Positions 12,310 through 24,290 of a stretch of 64,000 nucleotides of DNA are shown in pieces. Below the pieces are notes generated by a model. That model was not told where the DNA came from and did not search any database. It saw nothing but the letters and a program-made list of their open reading frames with translations. The number at the start of each line of letters is the position of its first letter. Position 1 is the stretch's first letter. Source of the stretch: Octopus sinensis (Eukaryota). The DNA is taken from NCBI RefSeq assembly GCF_006345805.1, contig NC_043002.1, positions 85,064,001-85,128,000 of the forward strand. The letters run 5' to 3'. A program made the position numbers and the translations under genes.

Positions 12310-13030
12310 GTGTGAGGTTACAAGCAGGGTGACTAGTTTAATTCAGAAATGGGACGAGAGGAAATTATCCCTGAAAGGTCGGTGAATGCTTACATCGCCT
12401 CCTTAATAACTTACCGCCTGACTGTTGTATCTTGCCCCAGTCTTCGTTTTGGCCAGACTGGAGCGTTTACTTTTTCGCTGTGGAAAGGACACGTTCCTCT
12501 AGTGAGGAATGTCGTCAGGCACTCACTGCCCTCTACCAGTTGGGCAGTGCGGTCAGTGGATTTCTACAGTAGCAATAAATAGAAATGTAGTGACGGATAA
12601 GAGCGATGACGCTGACGTTCTCGGGAAACACTAGGCGTCGACGAGGATGAACTAGCTGGATGAACTAGGTGAACCCAGATAACTTCCAGTGCAGTGTCCG
12701 AGTATTGCTGACGTATGAAATTATATCGAACAGCTTTATCGCATGTGGAAGAAATCCGACTATCGGCCAAATCCAGAGTGAGGATCGCCCCACCACCCAC
12801 CTTTAACAAGGCAGGGCAGATGGTGTTCCTTTGTCTATAGCGAAATAAGTTGTGTAGTGGGCGAGGCTGAAAGGATTGAGGAAAACACCTTCCTTTTAGG
12901 TGAAGTCCACATCAACTTTTATAATTTTCACTTGAAAAGGAAGTGTGGGTGAAGGGGTAAGTGCTATACCCCAGCGAATTTGTTAAGAGTTGGTGACTGT
13001 GGCAAAAGTAGTTAGAGTGCATGGCCCTGC
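12310..13030 (+). mobile_element. L1/Tx1-like LINE ORF2 C-terminal fragment
   Basis: QKWDERKLSLKGR, YIASLITYRLTVVSC, LWKGHVPLVR; homologous to 48334-48738. Confidence 0.8.
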
Positions 13031-13348
13031 TCTAAGCATTCGCCTGTAGATTAGAAAGCAACACTTGGAAAAAGATACGTGCTTTTGTGATCGAGATAAT
13101 CTTGGGTCTGTGGGGTTCCTTGATTGGCCCTAGTTGGAGTTTCTTCTGTATCATGAGAACTGCATCATTCATTTTTATCACATACTCTGTAAACCGTGTA
13201 TACCTCTCTCGCATCTCACTGTCTTTTCCATTTCTTTCTTCCCATCTTATATGTAAATCTCCACACAAGTTGTTTGACCTTGTGATGTCTTCCTCATCTA
13301 TGCTCCTGTGGCTAATAAAAGAAATTACCACCACCACTACCACTACTA

Positions 13349-13411
<63 letters not shown>

Positions 13412-13414
13412 GAA

Positions 13415-13860
13415 TGCGGCGAGCTAGCAGAATTGTTAGCAGGCTGGATATAGTGCTTAGCGGCATTTCGTCCGCCTTTACGTTCTGAGTTCAAATTCCG
13501 CCGAGGTCGACTTTCCCTTTCATCCTTTAAGGATCAATGAAATAAATACCAGTTCAGTACTGAGGTAATTGTAATCGACTATCTCCATCCCCCAGAATCT
13601 CCAAACTTTGCGCCTATAGTATAAACAATTATCATTACTACTACTATGTTAATGCAACGTGCAGGCTGAATCATTAGAATGCCGAACAAAATATTTAGCA
13701 GCATTTCGTCCGTCTTTACGTTCTGAATTCAAATTCCACCGAAGTTGACTATTCCTTTCGAGTTCAATAAAATAAGTACCAGTCAAGTACTTGAGTTGAT
13801 CTTATCAACTTTCCCTTCTCCTTACAGCGGGCTCTGTGCCAAAATTTGAAACCAAAATTA
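13415..13860 (+). mobile_element. Two adjacent SINE family B (B2-tail) copies
   Basis: Two gttctga(g/a)ttcaaattcc cores at ~13483 and ~13721, both with B2-type tails. Confidence 0.75.
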
Positions 13861-14599
13861 CTATTTATATTTTTATAGCCTCTGGAAGGGAAAGACGTTG
13901 ATTTAGAGCTCGTAATTTGTTATTCAATTTTGAACAAAGTATTTTTGGTTCTCTATTGTACCATTTTCATATTAAACCTCCTCTGAGGTTGGTTGGCTTT
14001 GTGAAATTTTCATCCCTTCAGGGCGAATTTTGAACGTTTTAAAAATAAAGTTTGATATTTAAAAAAAATATGGCTTATCAAATTGAGTTGGCAGTTAGCT
14101 GTTCCAACAGTTAATATAATATTAATTTTCCACAGCAGCTACAGTGAACAGAGACTGTATGAATAGTAGTAGCAATGATAACAACAACAATGACAACAAC
14201 AACAATGACAACAACAACAAAAGCAACACAAATGAAAAGAGATGTAAAAGCAACACTACTATTCCCACCATACTTCACATCACGACAAACAACAGTAACA
14301 ACAGCAATAACTGCGGCAAGCAAGACAAAGAGAGAATTGGAATATATACGACTTCCTTCACCACCACACATTTTAATGGAATAAAAACGGTAAACAGCAT
14401 GGCTTACAAACAAAGTAGAAGCGGATTCGCAAATGTATACAGAAAACTAGAAGTAGTGTCTTTATAAGAACTAAGAAAGCAAAAACTCATCTCACCAAAA
14501 ATGGTACAATAATTTAGCTGAACACACTGCAATGGATTCAAGAGGAAAGCCAAAGGAAAACAATCATATGTCTTGCAAACAACTTGCACATGCAAGTGC

Positions 14600-14960
14600 T
14601 ACTAGTCAAAAACTCCGCATACCGGAAGCCAGCGAGTGTATGGGGTCATCAGGAGAGAATGCGCGCCGTTTCGGAGCCTACATCTCGACGGCATCAATGC
14701 GCACACCCCCCCTCACTGATATGAGGCCCCGCTTGCTAGATCAACTGGTTATCAAATAAAGCTCAATATCCTTCTAGCCATCGCTCATCGTCTCTTTTTA
14801 ACCAAATCCAGTGGCTAGCCTTCTCCACTGTAGATTGGATATCGGTCATGGTGGTATTGACTTTACGATGAGTTAGGCCAAGCGATAACAACAGTCATCT
14901 CACACTGTGTCCAACGAACCCTCTACATCACACTTAAATCGAAGCTTGTCAATCTGAGGC
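14600..14960 (-). mobile_element. HERO-like (restriction-like endonuclease) non-LTR retrotransposon 3' end
   Basis: Minus strand reads CRGFVGHSVR..LLSLGL...VEKASHWIWLKR, like the (VEVG)CRGF...AE.AS.WIW terminus of HERO-type elements. Confidence 0.65.
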
Positions 14961-15208
14961 ATAAAAACTTATGTCTCTCGAGGAAGATGTTTTGTTGTAG
15001 TTGAGGTGACGTTACAAACCGAAGAAAAGGAAAATACGAGTCACAAAGAGCGATGAAATGGTCTCGATTTCAACATATCTCGGAGAGAGGTAAAAATACA
15101 GGAGACGCAGGTAACACAAGAAGTAGATATCTTTTCTTCTTGCAGACGGCGTCCGTATTATACGACATAAATAGGATAAAGTCTTTTTCCGAATCATATA
15201 GACGCATA

Positions 15209-15300
15209 AGGCCGGTTTCCTCGGTTTCCCTGGTGTATATGTTCCCCACCTGGACGGGACACCAGTCTGTCACAAGATTACTTATTTTTGCCAGCTGAGT
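15209..15300 (-). mobile_element. SINE family C 3' fragment
   Basis: Reverse complement resembles 10130-10230 (cagctggcaaaa...gaaaccg). Confidence 0.7.
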
Positions 15301-15329
15301 TAAGTAAGTCGAGTCTAGTTAGTACTTAG

Positions 15330-17333
15330 AAGGGTGACTGCTTGGGAAACCTAGGTGCACTAAACAAGTTTACGGCCAAATCACGTTGAAAACATCGATT
15401 CTTGTCCGATACATGGAAAATCAAAAATATTCTACCAGTTTACAGACCGAGAAAGAAAAATTGATCAGACACAGAGATGGTATTATTAATTTAAAGAGGC
15501 CAAGAAAGTATAAAGGTTACACTTGATGTAATAAACCTCCCGAATGGCTTACGGCTTTTCAGAAGGTTATATATTTGGAGAGACGTACCATATAAGAGCT
15601 TTCTGTTTACTGCAAAAGAAAAAGAAGAAGCAGAGTAGGAAGGTTCCCTTTGCAGCCGACGCCTTTACCACAACAGGCAACAAAATGCAACATCAATAAC
15701 AAAATCAGAAGCAGCAACAGCAGCAGGGACAGCAGTAAGACCAAGAGAAGCAGCACGAAAAGGAACGACAACAAAAACACTCTCAAAGACACCAGCAGCA
15801 GCAGCAGACAGCAACATCATCACCCAGGGAACAAGTATCGCCAACACAACCACAACATAAAGACATCCTACGAATATCATCACCCAGGGAACAAGTATCG
15901 CCAACACAACTACAACATAAAGACATCCTACGAATATCACAGGCCGCAGCCCGAAGAAGCAGGTTTATGCGGTCTAATTGCATTGTAAGACGCTGGACGG
16001 ATAGACCGGTTAAATTGCTCGAAGTTTGAACGAGAATTAAGATGCGGTGACGAGCCGGCTTACCAATCTCACTCAGAATTGGGCTGAGTAGAAGCTATTC
16101 CTGAAACATTGCGCAGAGATAATGAACTTCATCTCATCCTTCATCTATTACGCCTGACGGGTGTGCCTTGCGCCAAATCATCTGCACCTCTGCTTTTTGT
16201 GAAAGGGACGCATTCCACTGGTCAGACGCTGTATTTGCTGTCAACACCCACTGAATGGGGGATTGTGCGTACTGTGGCTAGTGAGGCGCAGAGATGTATT
16301 AAAGCTACAGCATCTCCAGCATATCCTTAACATTTAACAAGTGTGGTGGTTATTTGTCGGACACGTTTTCCCTGGCCCATCTCTTTGACAGATTTGTTAT
16401 CCTGAATCAAGCGTAGACCGCGACAGTCTACCTGGTGCCGAGAATATTGTAAGGTGCACACAATTGGGTAATGCGTTCTGTGAAAATTCTACTTTGGCAT
16501 TCTATATGTGGTTAATGACGGGCAAGAGCGACTACGTTCTCAATGAAACTTTTGGTGTTGACGAAAATCAACTGGCTGGTCTGTTCCAGAAGAATTTCGG
16601 GCCAACGTTCATCAATAATTTCCAGAAATCTCTGGCCTGTCATTGTTACCAGAGGTGGTGGTGATGTTTGGTTGGAGCATTACCGATTCCCAAAATTGTT
16701 TTGTACGCACTCGTCCTGTACCCGCAGTATTGCTGACTTGTGGAGTTGTCAAGCAACTGATCTCGCGGGTAGAATGGATTCGGCTATCAGCTGAGTCGAT
16801 TGTGAAGATCGGCCCGCTACCTTCCTTTGGCCGAGAAACACATACAGTCTTTATCTGTCTGGAAGCCTTAGCGAAAGTGGACAAACTGAAAGGGTTAAGG
16901 ACCGATACCGTCCTCTTTGGCCAAGCCCTCGCCAACTTTTTCAAGTTTCACTTGAAAAGGAAAGTGAGTGTGGAGAGGGAAATGCTGCCTTTCAACAGAT
17001 TTAATGAAAGATGGATGAGAGTGGCAAGGATGGTCCGAGTGAACAGGTCTGTTCTGAGCATGTGCCTATAGACTGAGAGAAGAAGACAGATGGAACTAGC
17101 TTAGTGGTCAGTGTGATTGTGGTTTTGAGAGGTTTCTACGAGCAACACTCGGATGTCTCCCCCCCACTTTTGAGGAGATTTTTTTCTTGTTTGAATTTAG
17201 TTGTTCCTTTGTTTCTGTTATTTTACTGTTTACGCGCTATCATCGCTATTATGTAATCCCATATTGCATTGTATTGCATCGTCCCGTACCACTCTCGATC
17301 TTTTTGTAAGCCCCTAGTGGTTAATTAAGAAAA

Positions 17334-17335
<2 letters not shown>
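15330..17335 (+). mobile_element. Internally deleted L1/Tx1-like LINE (ORF1 remnant joined to ORF2 3' region and 3' UTR, ATT tail)
   Basis: ORF1-like ILPVY and YHIRA.C; VRRWTDRPVKLL; 16643-17071 VRLSAESIVKIGPLPS..FNERWMRVARM homologous to 47698-48051; ends in (ATT)n. Confidence 0.75.
15816..15939 (+). repeat. 60-bp tandem duplication (2 copies)
   Basis: atcatcacccagggaacaagtatcgccaacacaac(c/t)acaacataaagacatcctacgaat repeated. Confidence 0.95.
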
Positions 17336-17379
<44 letters not shown>

Positions 17380-17380
17380 T

Positions 17381-17417
<37 letters not shown>

Positions 17418-17451
17418 AAGTAGTAGTAGTAGTAGCAGCAGCAGCAGCATC

Positions 17452-17486
<35 letters not shown>

Positions 17487-17625
17487 AAAAGTTTCATTGT
17501 CTTTTCATTGTAATTGTTATCATTGTTATCGTCATTGTAATTATCAGAGTTATCAGGAATTGTTGTTGTTACTATATTTGTTGTTGTTGTTGTCTAGTTA
17601 CCTAATGATGTATTTATCTATTTAT

Positions 17626-17755
17626 TCATTCCGCTATTCCTTCATCCTGGAACTCCTGTAGCACAGAACGTGTTGTATCGTGGCGCGTGCTCGCCAAGCT
17701 ATCAGCGTTTGACTCCTCAGGCGCTAATCGTTTTTTTGCTTTCTTTCCTTGTTCT
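17626..17755 (-). CDS. Candidate terminal coding exon, unknown protein
   Basis: After CAG: QGKKAKKRLAPEESNADSLASTRHDTTRSVLQEFQDEGIAE-stop; upstream (CT)n could serve as a pyrimidine tract; no homolog recognised. Confidence 0.25.
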
Positions 17756-17984
17756 GTGTGTGTGTATATATATATATGTATGCGTGAGAGAGGAGAGAGA
17801 GAGAAAGAGAAAGAGACTATGAGTGTATGTGTGTGTGAGAGAGACAAAGAGAGTGTCTTTCCTGCCCCTTCTTCTGCATCCAAATAAAGTAAAATGAATT
17901 TTTTTTCGGAACAAATAAACTTCAAAAAATTGGTATGAATATATGCATTTGTATACGAGTGCATACGTGCGTCTAAGAACATAA

Positions 17985-18059
<75 letters not shown>

Positions 18060-18444
18060 CTGTTATTTCGAACGTCAGCCGTCCCTTGTAATAAGGAAGA
18101 AGGGTGGAGAAACAGTAAAATACAGGGGAGGAGTTTATACATGCATGGCGAAGAATACAGTGTATGAAAGGACATGCACAAACGGTGTGGGTGCAAACAA
18201 ATAAAGGGGGTTGGTGAGGGGCCAGGAAATGGATATGATGCAACGACATGTTCATGATTTTTTTTCTTTCTATTTTTGTTGTATTTTTCGTTTGTTTGTT
18301 TTTGTAATTTTTTTAATTTTTCGTTTCTGTTTTTTTTTTTCACAAAAATTTTTCACTCTCCTCGGAGGGTGGTCATTAAAATAGTTTTGTTGTTGTTGCT
18401 GTTGGAGTGTGTGTGAATGCGGCATATGTATACATACATATAAA

Positions 18445-18522
<78 letters not shown>

Positions 18523-18531
18523 TATATATAT

Positions 18532-18565
<34 letters not shown>

Positions 18566-18582
18566 CCTATACATATATATGT

Positions 18583-18651
<69 letters not shown>

Positions 18652-19068
18652 ATAACATATATATACATATATAATATAATATACATGTATATAATGTATG
18701 TATGTATGTATGTGTGTATGTATGTGTGTATGTATGTATGTATGTATATTTGTGTGTGTGTATGTATGTATGTATGTATGTATGTGTGTATGTATGTATG
18801 TATATTTGTGTGTGTGCATGTATGTATGTATGTATGTCAAATGCAGGTCTGCTCTTAACTTTGATGTAAAGTTTGCAAGTTACCTGTGTGGAATTATCGT
18901 TTTCATCCCGATTGTTGCAGTACGGATGTATATGTCTGACAGTTCGTGCCTTGATTGCTTGTTTTATTTGTTTGGGTTTCTTTTTTGTTGTTTTATTTTC
19001 AGCATGACATCTATATAGTTGTCCGGCATTTTTTCCATCTCTCTGTCTATCTATCTATCTATCTATCT

Positions 19069-19101
<33 letters not shown>

Positions 19102-19102
19102 A

Positions 19103-19136
<34 letters not shown>

Positions 19137-19158
19137 CTATCTATCTATCTATCTATCT

Positions 19159-19201
<43 letters not shown>

Positions 19202-19202
19202 G

Positions 19203-19241
<39 letters not shown>

Positions 19242-19523
19242 CTGTATATATATATGTATACATGCGTACATGTATAATACATATTTAGATAGACAGACGG
19301 ACAGACAGACAGACTGATACATATACATAAATATATACATATGTATGTACATATAAATATATATATATATATACATATATCTATGTATTAATTTATCCAT
19401 CCTTCTATCTAGCTATCCATTTGCATATCTTTCTGTCTGTCTGTTTATCTATCTATCTGTCTGTCTGTCTGTCTATCTATCTGTCTGGCTGTCTGTCTAT
19501 CTATCTATCTATCTATCTATTTA

Positions 19524-19554
<31 letters not shown>

Positions 19555-19555
19555 G

Positions 19556-19598
<43 letters not shown>

Positions 19599-19734
19599 CT
19601 CTACCGATCTATGTGTCTATCTCTCTATCTATCCATCTGTCTATATCTGTCTATCCATCAGCCTGTTGTGTCGCGATAAACGGATGTGGGTGTCTGAGTG
19701 TTGTCACTAAATTCGGATGTATGAGACACCTTAC

Positions 19735-19829
19735 CTGCGTGTGGGGTACACGTACACGTGTCAGAGTCGCGACGAATCCATGTGCGGGTGGGAGTCCCTT
19801 ATTGATCGGGAATGCACGGGTGTGTTCAC
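19735..19829 (-). CDS. Candidate 95-bp internal exon
   Basis: cactaacctatag acceptor, CAG/gtaagg donor, one open frame EHTRAFPINKGLPPAHGFVATLTRVRVPHTQ. Confidence 0.25.
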
Positions 19830-20681
19830 CTATAGGTTAGTGCATGCGCACGACTATGTGTCAGCATGATGGTTTTTCTCTGTATGTACATGTGCTGTGT
19901 ACGCATGTGCGAATGTATATATTTGTGTGTGCATATGTGTGTGTGTGTGTGCGCGCGTGTGCGTATGTGTGTGTGCGTGCGTGTGTGAAACTCTGTGTGT
20001 ATATGCACGCTTGGGTACATATGTCTTTATAAACATGTATGTGCATGTGTGTTTGTGTAGAAAGTATTGAAAATATGAAAGAGAAATGCACACAGCACAA
20101 CATGAGGAAACAAGAAAATCCACACGCGCACACATGTACATGCACACACAGGAAGAGAGAGAGGGGGAAAGAGAGAGAAAGACAAAAAGAAAGGGAGAGA
20201 CTAAGAGAGAAAAGAACAGAGCTGTACCTCCCCTACTCTACCACCTCCACCACCATCAAACATTTACATGTCCTGTTGTGTAAGTGAAATTATATACAAA
20301 GGATTGAGCTCTATGATCCACGAAAGACCCATCAAATGGACGATCAGCTGGTCATTATATGACCTGATGGACAGTTATTAGCATGAGACTAAAGTAACAG
20401 ATAGAAATGGTGAAGACGAAGTGACCAGTTGAATAGTGTATTAGACTCCAAGCTCAACCGTCATGACTCTGTATTTGCTGTATATCTGTGTGTGGGGCGG
20501 TGGAGGATGATACTGAATAATACATGTCTAATCTCATATAAGTGTCAGAAACCAGTTACACGGAATCCTTAGAGATGTATGTGTATATATATATATATAT
20601 TATATATATATATTATATATATTATTATATATATATATATATATATAATAAATGTATGTATATATATATACATATATATAT

Positions 20682-20754
<73 letters not shown>

Positions 20755-20761
20755 CCCATAC

Positions 20762-20828
<67 letters not shown>

Positions 20829-20843
20829 AGTGTATGTGTGTAT

Positions 20844-21240
20844 AGGTGCAGGCGTGGCTGTGTGGTAAGAAGCATGCTTCCCAAGCACATGGTTTTGGAT
20901 TCAGTCCTACTGCGTGGCACCTTGGGCGAGTGTCTTCTATAGCCTCGGGTCGACCAAAGCCTTCTGAGTGAATTTGGTAGACGGAAATTGGAAGAAGCCC
21001 GTCGTGTATATATATACATGTATATATATTTATGCGTGTGTGTCTTTGCGTTTGTGTTTTCACCATCGCTTGACAACCGATCTTGGTGTGTTTATGTCCT
21101 CGAAACTTAGCGGTACAGCAAAAGACACCGATAAAATACGTACTAGGCTTACAAAGAATAAGTCGTTGCGTCGATTTGTTCGACTAAAGGCGGTGCTCCA
21201 GCATGGCCGCAGTCAAATGACTGAAACGTGTAAAAGAGTA
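20844..21240 (+). mobile_element. SINE family A full copy
   Basis: Head gcgtggctgtgtggtaagaagc, B box ggattcagtcc, standard tail. Confidence 0.9.
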
Positions 21241-21596
21241 TATATATACATGTATATATATATAGATTCAGATGAATATGGTACTTAAGACAAAGACACC
21301 AGAATTTAGTATGGTATTATCCATATAATTCAAAATGGGGTGATTATAAGCAACAAGGATATCCAGAGATAATGCAGTACGATCGTTTCATGCGATTCCA
21401 TTTAATTGAACAATGAAAAAATTGCATCAATTTAAAATGTAGAGCAATCTTCAGTTGCATAAAAACATAGAATTTAGATAAATTCGAAGAACTCAGTTGT
21501 AAAATGTTGTTTTTATCCAAAATCACCAAGATGATAAGTAGATAGACAAAGAACATGTTTTATCAACAACATCACGTAAACACACCAAAAACCGGT

Positions 21597-21633
<37 letters not shown>

Positions 21634-21668
21634 TTACAAGAGTTAAGGAATGGAGTAGATACGATCCG

Positions 21669-21752
21669 GGCTACACATGTTTCATAGCGAGCGGAACCTC
21701 AGAAGTGGTAAATATCCAAGCGAGGTGTTTACCGCAGGCTGCTCTTCAGGCC
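21669..21752 (-). ncRNA. Type I hammerhead motif with extended stem II
   Basis: ggc CTGAAGA gcagc...gctat GAAAC atgt GTA gcc on the minus strand. Confidence 0.7.
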
Positions 21753-21853
21753 AAAGATATCTTGATTAAATGAAAGTTTACATTGTTGCAAGGCGGTACA
21801 TGGTAACATATGGAAGATTCGATCGTAAACTTTCATTTAATCAAGATATCCTT

Positions 21854-21937
21854 GGCCTGAAGAGTAGCCTGCGGTATACACCTCGCTTGGATATTTACGA
21901 TTTCTGAGGTTGTACTTGCTATGAAACATATATAGCC
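21854..21937 (+). ncRNA. Type I hammerhead motif with extended stem II (GTA mutated to ATA)
   Basis: ggc CTGAAGA gtagc...gctat GAAAC atat ATA gcc. Confidence 0.6.
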
Positions 21938-22386
21938 CGGTTCTTATCTATTCCATTCCTTAACTCTTGTATTCTTATTCACACCCCCGGCAACCCTGGT
22001 CGCCTACTGTGAAATATATAAAGAGCTTTTTTTAGATTATCGTACCTCGATACGAAAAAAAAAAAGATCTGTAACTTTCCGTCTCAATAAACCACTATTG
22101 TTCCTGAAAGTTACCTTTTATATTTACTACGTATTGTTTAAAGCTAGCATTCTTCCTACACATCGTTACCTGGATCTTATATATGTCAAGACTATTGAAA
22201 AGGTTGCAAGACGCAACGAAAATTTTAGGAATAGTGTAAATGTTACTGGTGAGTGTGTAAATATAAGGCTCAAAAAGAAAATGACTCTCCCCATATACAA
22301 CAGAATATGCTAACACACGAACTCACATAAAGAATCTTGCAAACCAAATCTCCAAACGAAATATATATGTGTATATATATATATAT

Positions 22387-22420
<34 letters not shown>

Positions 22421-22421
22421 G

Positions 22422-22491
<70 letters not shown>

Positions 22492-23070
22492 AACTTACCT
22501 GGAAAAGTATGCGTGGCGTTCGATCATATAATAATGTAAATAATATATAAATATATGCATAATATATAATATTATTAATAATGTATAAATATATGCATAT
22601 ATACATACATATATGTACATACCTACACCTATATGTATATATACATGCATATATGGGTACAGGACATCAAAAAAACATTGAACACAATGAGAAACGAAAA
22701 CATAAAAACAACACAGCTACGCCTGCGCCTTGTATGAATAAAATTTAACGTTAGTTCTGAATGAATATACATTGCATACGGTTAATAAATAACAAATAAG
22801 CGTTTGATAATTTATTTACAAACTTAACTAAACATACTTTGGCGCAATAATTTAGATAATCAATGAATCATATCGCTAATAAAGAATGCAATTAAATAAA
22901 ATCAGTTTATGAGTAGACGATGAGTAAAACCAGTACCCGTTCTCATCACGTTTTTATGAATATCTTTTAGCTACTCTCTCTCTCTCTCTTACTCTCACAC
23001 CCCTCTCTCTCTCTTTATTCCACTCTCTATCTCACTCCCTCCCTCTCTCTCCCTCCCTTCCTCTCTCTCC

Positions 23071-23139
<69 letters not shown>

Positions 23140-23572
23140 AGCAAATAAAGCAGTCCTGATGAGCGAGCAATGACCAGGTGACACCAGCCAATTTTTTTCA
23201 GTTCATTCGGCAGGGCCCAATGATTTAGCCTTGTAAAAATTATGTTTAGTTAATGAACATAAACTTATTTACAATTTACGTATAAGCCTTATAACTACAT
23301 TTGGTAGACAGAAACTGGAAGAAGCCTGTTATAAATGTGTGTTGTGTCTTTGTTTTGTGTTGTGCTTGTCCTCCTTCACCGCTTTGACAATCGGTGTTAG
23401 TTTATTTACAGCCCCGTAACTTATTCAGTAAAAGAGGCAGATACTAGACTTCAAAATAATTACTGAGGAGAGATTTATTCGACAAAAAATCTTCAAGGTG
23501 GTGCCCCAGCATGGCCACAGTCCAATGAATGACTGAATCAAGTAAAAGATAAAAGATAAAGCTAACTATATA

Positions 23573-24271
23573 CAGAGTGACTGAAAAATAACTCCCTCTT
23601 TTAAAATACTTATATATTATTTACACTTTACTCTTTTACTTGTTTCAGTCATTTGACTGCGGCCATGCTGGAGCGCCACCTTTAGTCGAGCAAATCGACC
23701 CCAGGATTTATTCTTTGTAAGCCTAGTACTTATTCTATCGGTCTCTCTTGCCGAATCGCTATGTTACGGGGACGTAAACACACCAGCATCGGTTGTCAAG
23801 CGAAGTTGGGTGGGGGGGGCAAACAAACACACACACACACACACACATACATACACCATTATACATATATACGACGGACTTGTTTCAGTTTCCGCCTACC
23901 AAATCCACTCACAAGGCTTTGGTCGACCCGAGGCTATTGTAGAAGACACTTGCCCACGGTGCCACGCAGTGGGACTGAACTCGGAACCATGTGGTTGGTA
24001 AGCAAGCTACTTACCAGACAGCCAGTCCTGCGCCTATATTTATTTACGAGAAGTTATGTCTTCCATCCCACATGATTTCCTAGTGAAATTAGTTGACGCA
24101 ATTTCTGGGCGACACAAGAAGCTAGTGGCGATATCTGGAGCCCATATCGAATTTTAAATAAAACCTCATATTAAAAGCTTTCCTCTCATATCCATTTATT
24201 TTTGTAAAACTTACAATTAATAAATGATTTATAAGTATTTTGAAATAAGGACTTACTTTTCAGTCACCCTG
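23573..24271 (+). mobile_element. Deleted Tc1/mariner-type element (TA-flanked TIRs) with a nested SINE A
   Basis: ta-cagagtgactgaaaaataactcc at 23571 and ttacttttcagtcaccctg-ta at 24273; 3' part homologous to 7840-8045. Confidence 0.75.
23625..24035 (-). mobile_element. SINE family A full copy
   Basis: Reverse complement of the family consensus with an internal (CA)n. Confidence 0.9.
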
Positions 24272-24290
24272 TAGATATAGATAAATAATA

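Larger units (their letters stand above)
21635..21971. repeat. Inverted pair of ~147-bp arms, each carrying a hammerhead with a long stem II insert
   Basis: 21635-21781 is the reverse complement of 21825-21971, with a 43-bp spacer. Confidence 0.85.

Noticed and set aside
14640-14710. GAAAC with flanking gcgcat repeats in the HERO-like 3' UTR
   Set aside because: No CUGANGA core; the flanks are direct rather than complementary.
23150-23185. CTGATGA motif
   Set aside because: No GAAA core or stems follow.
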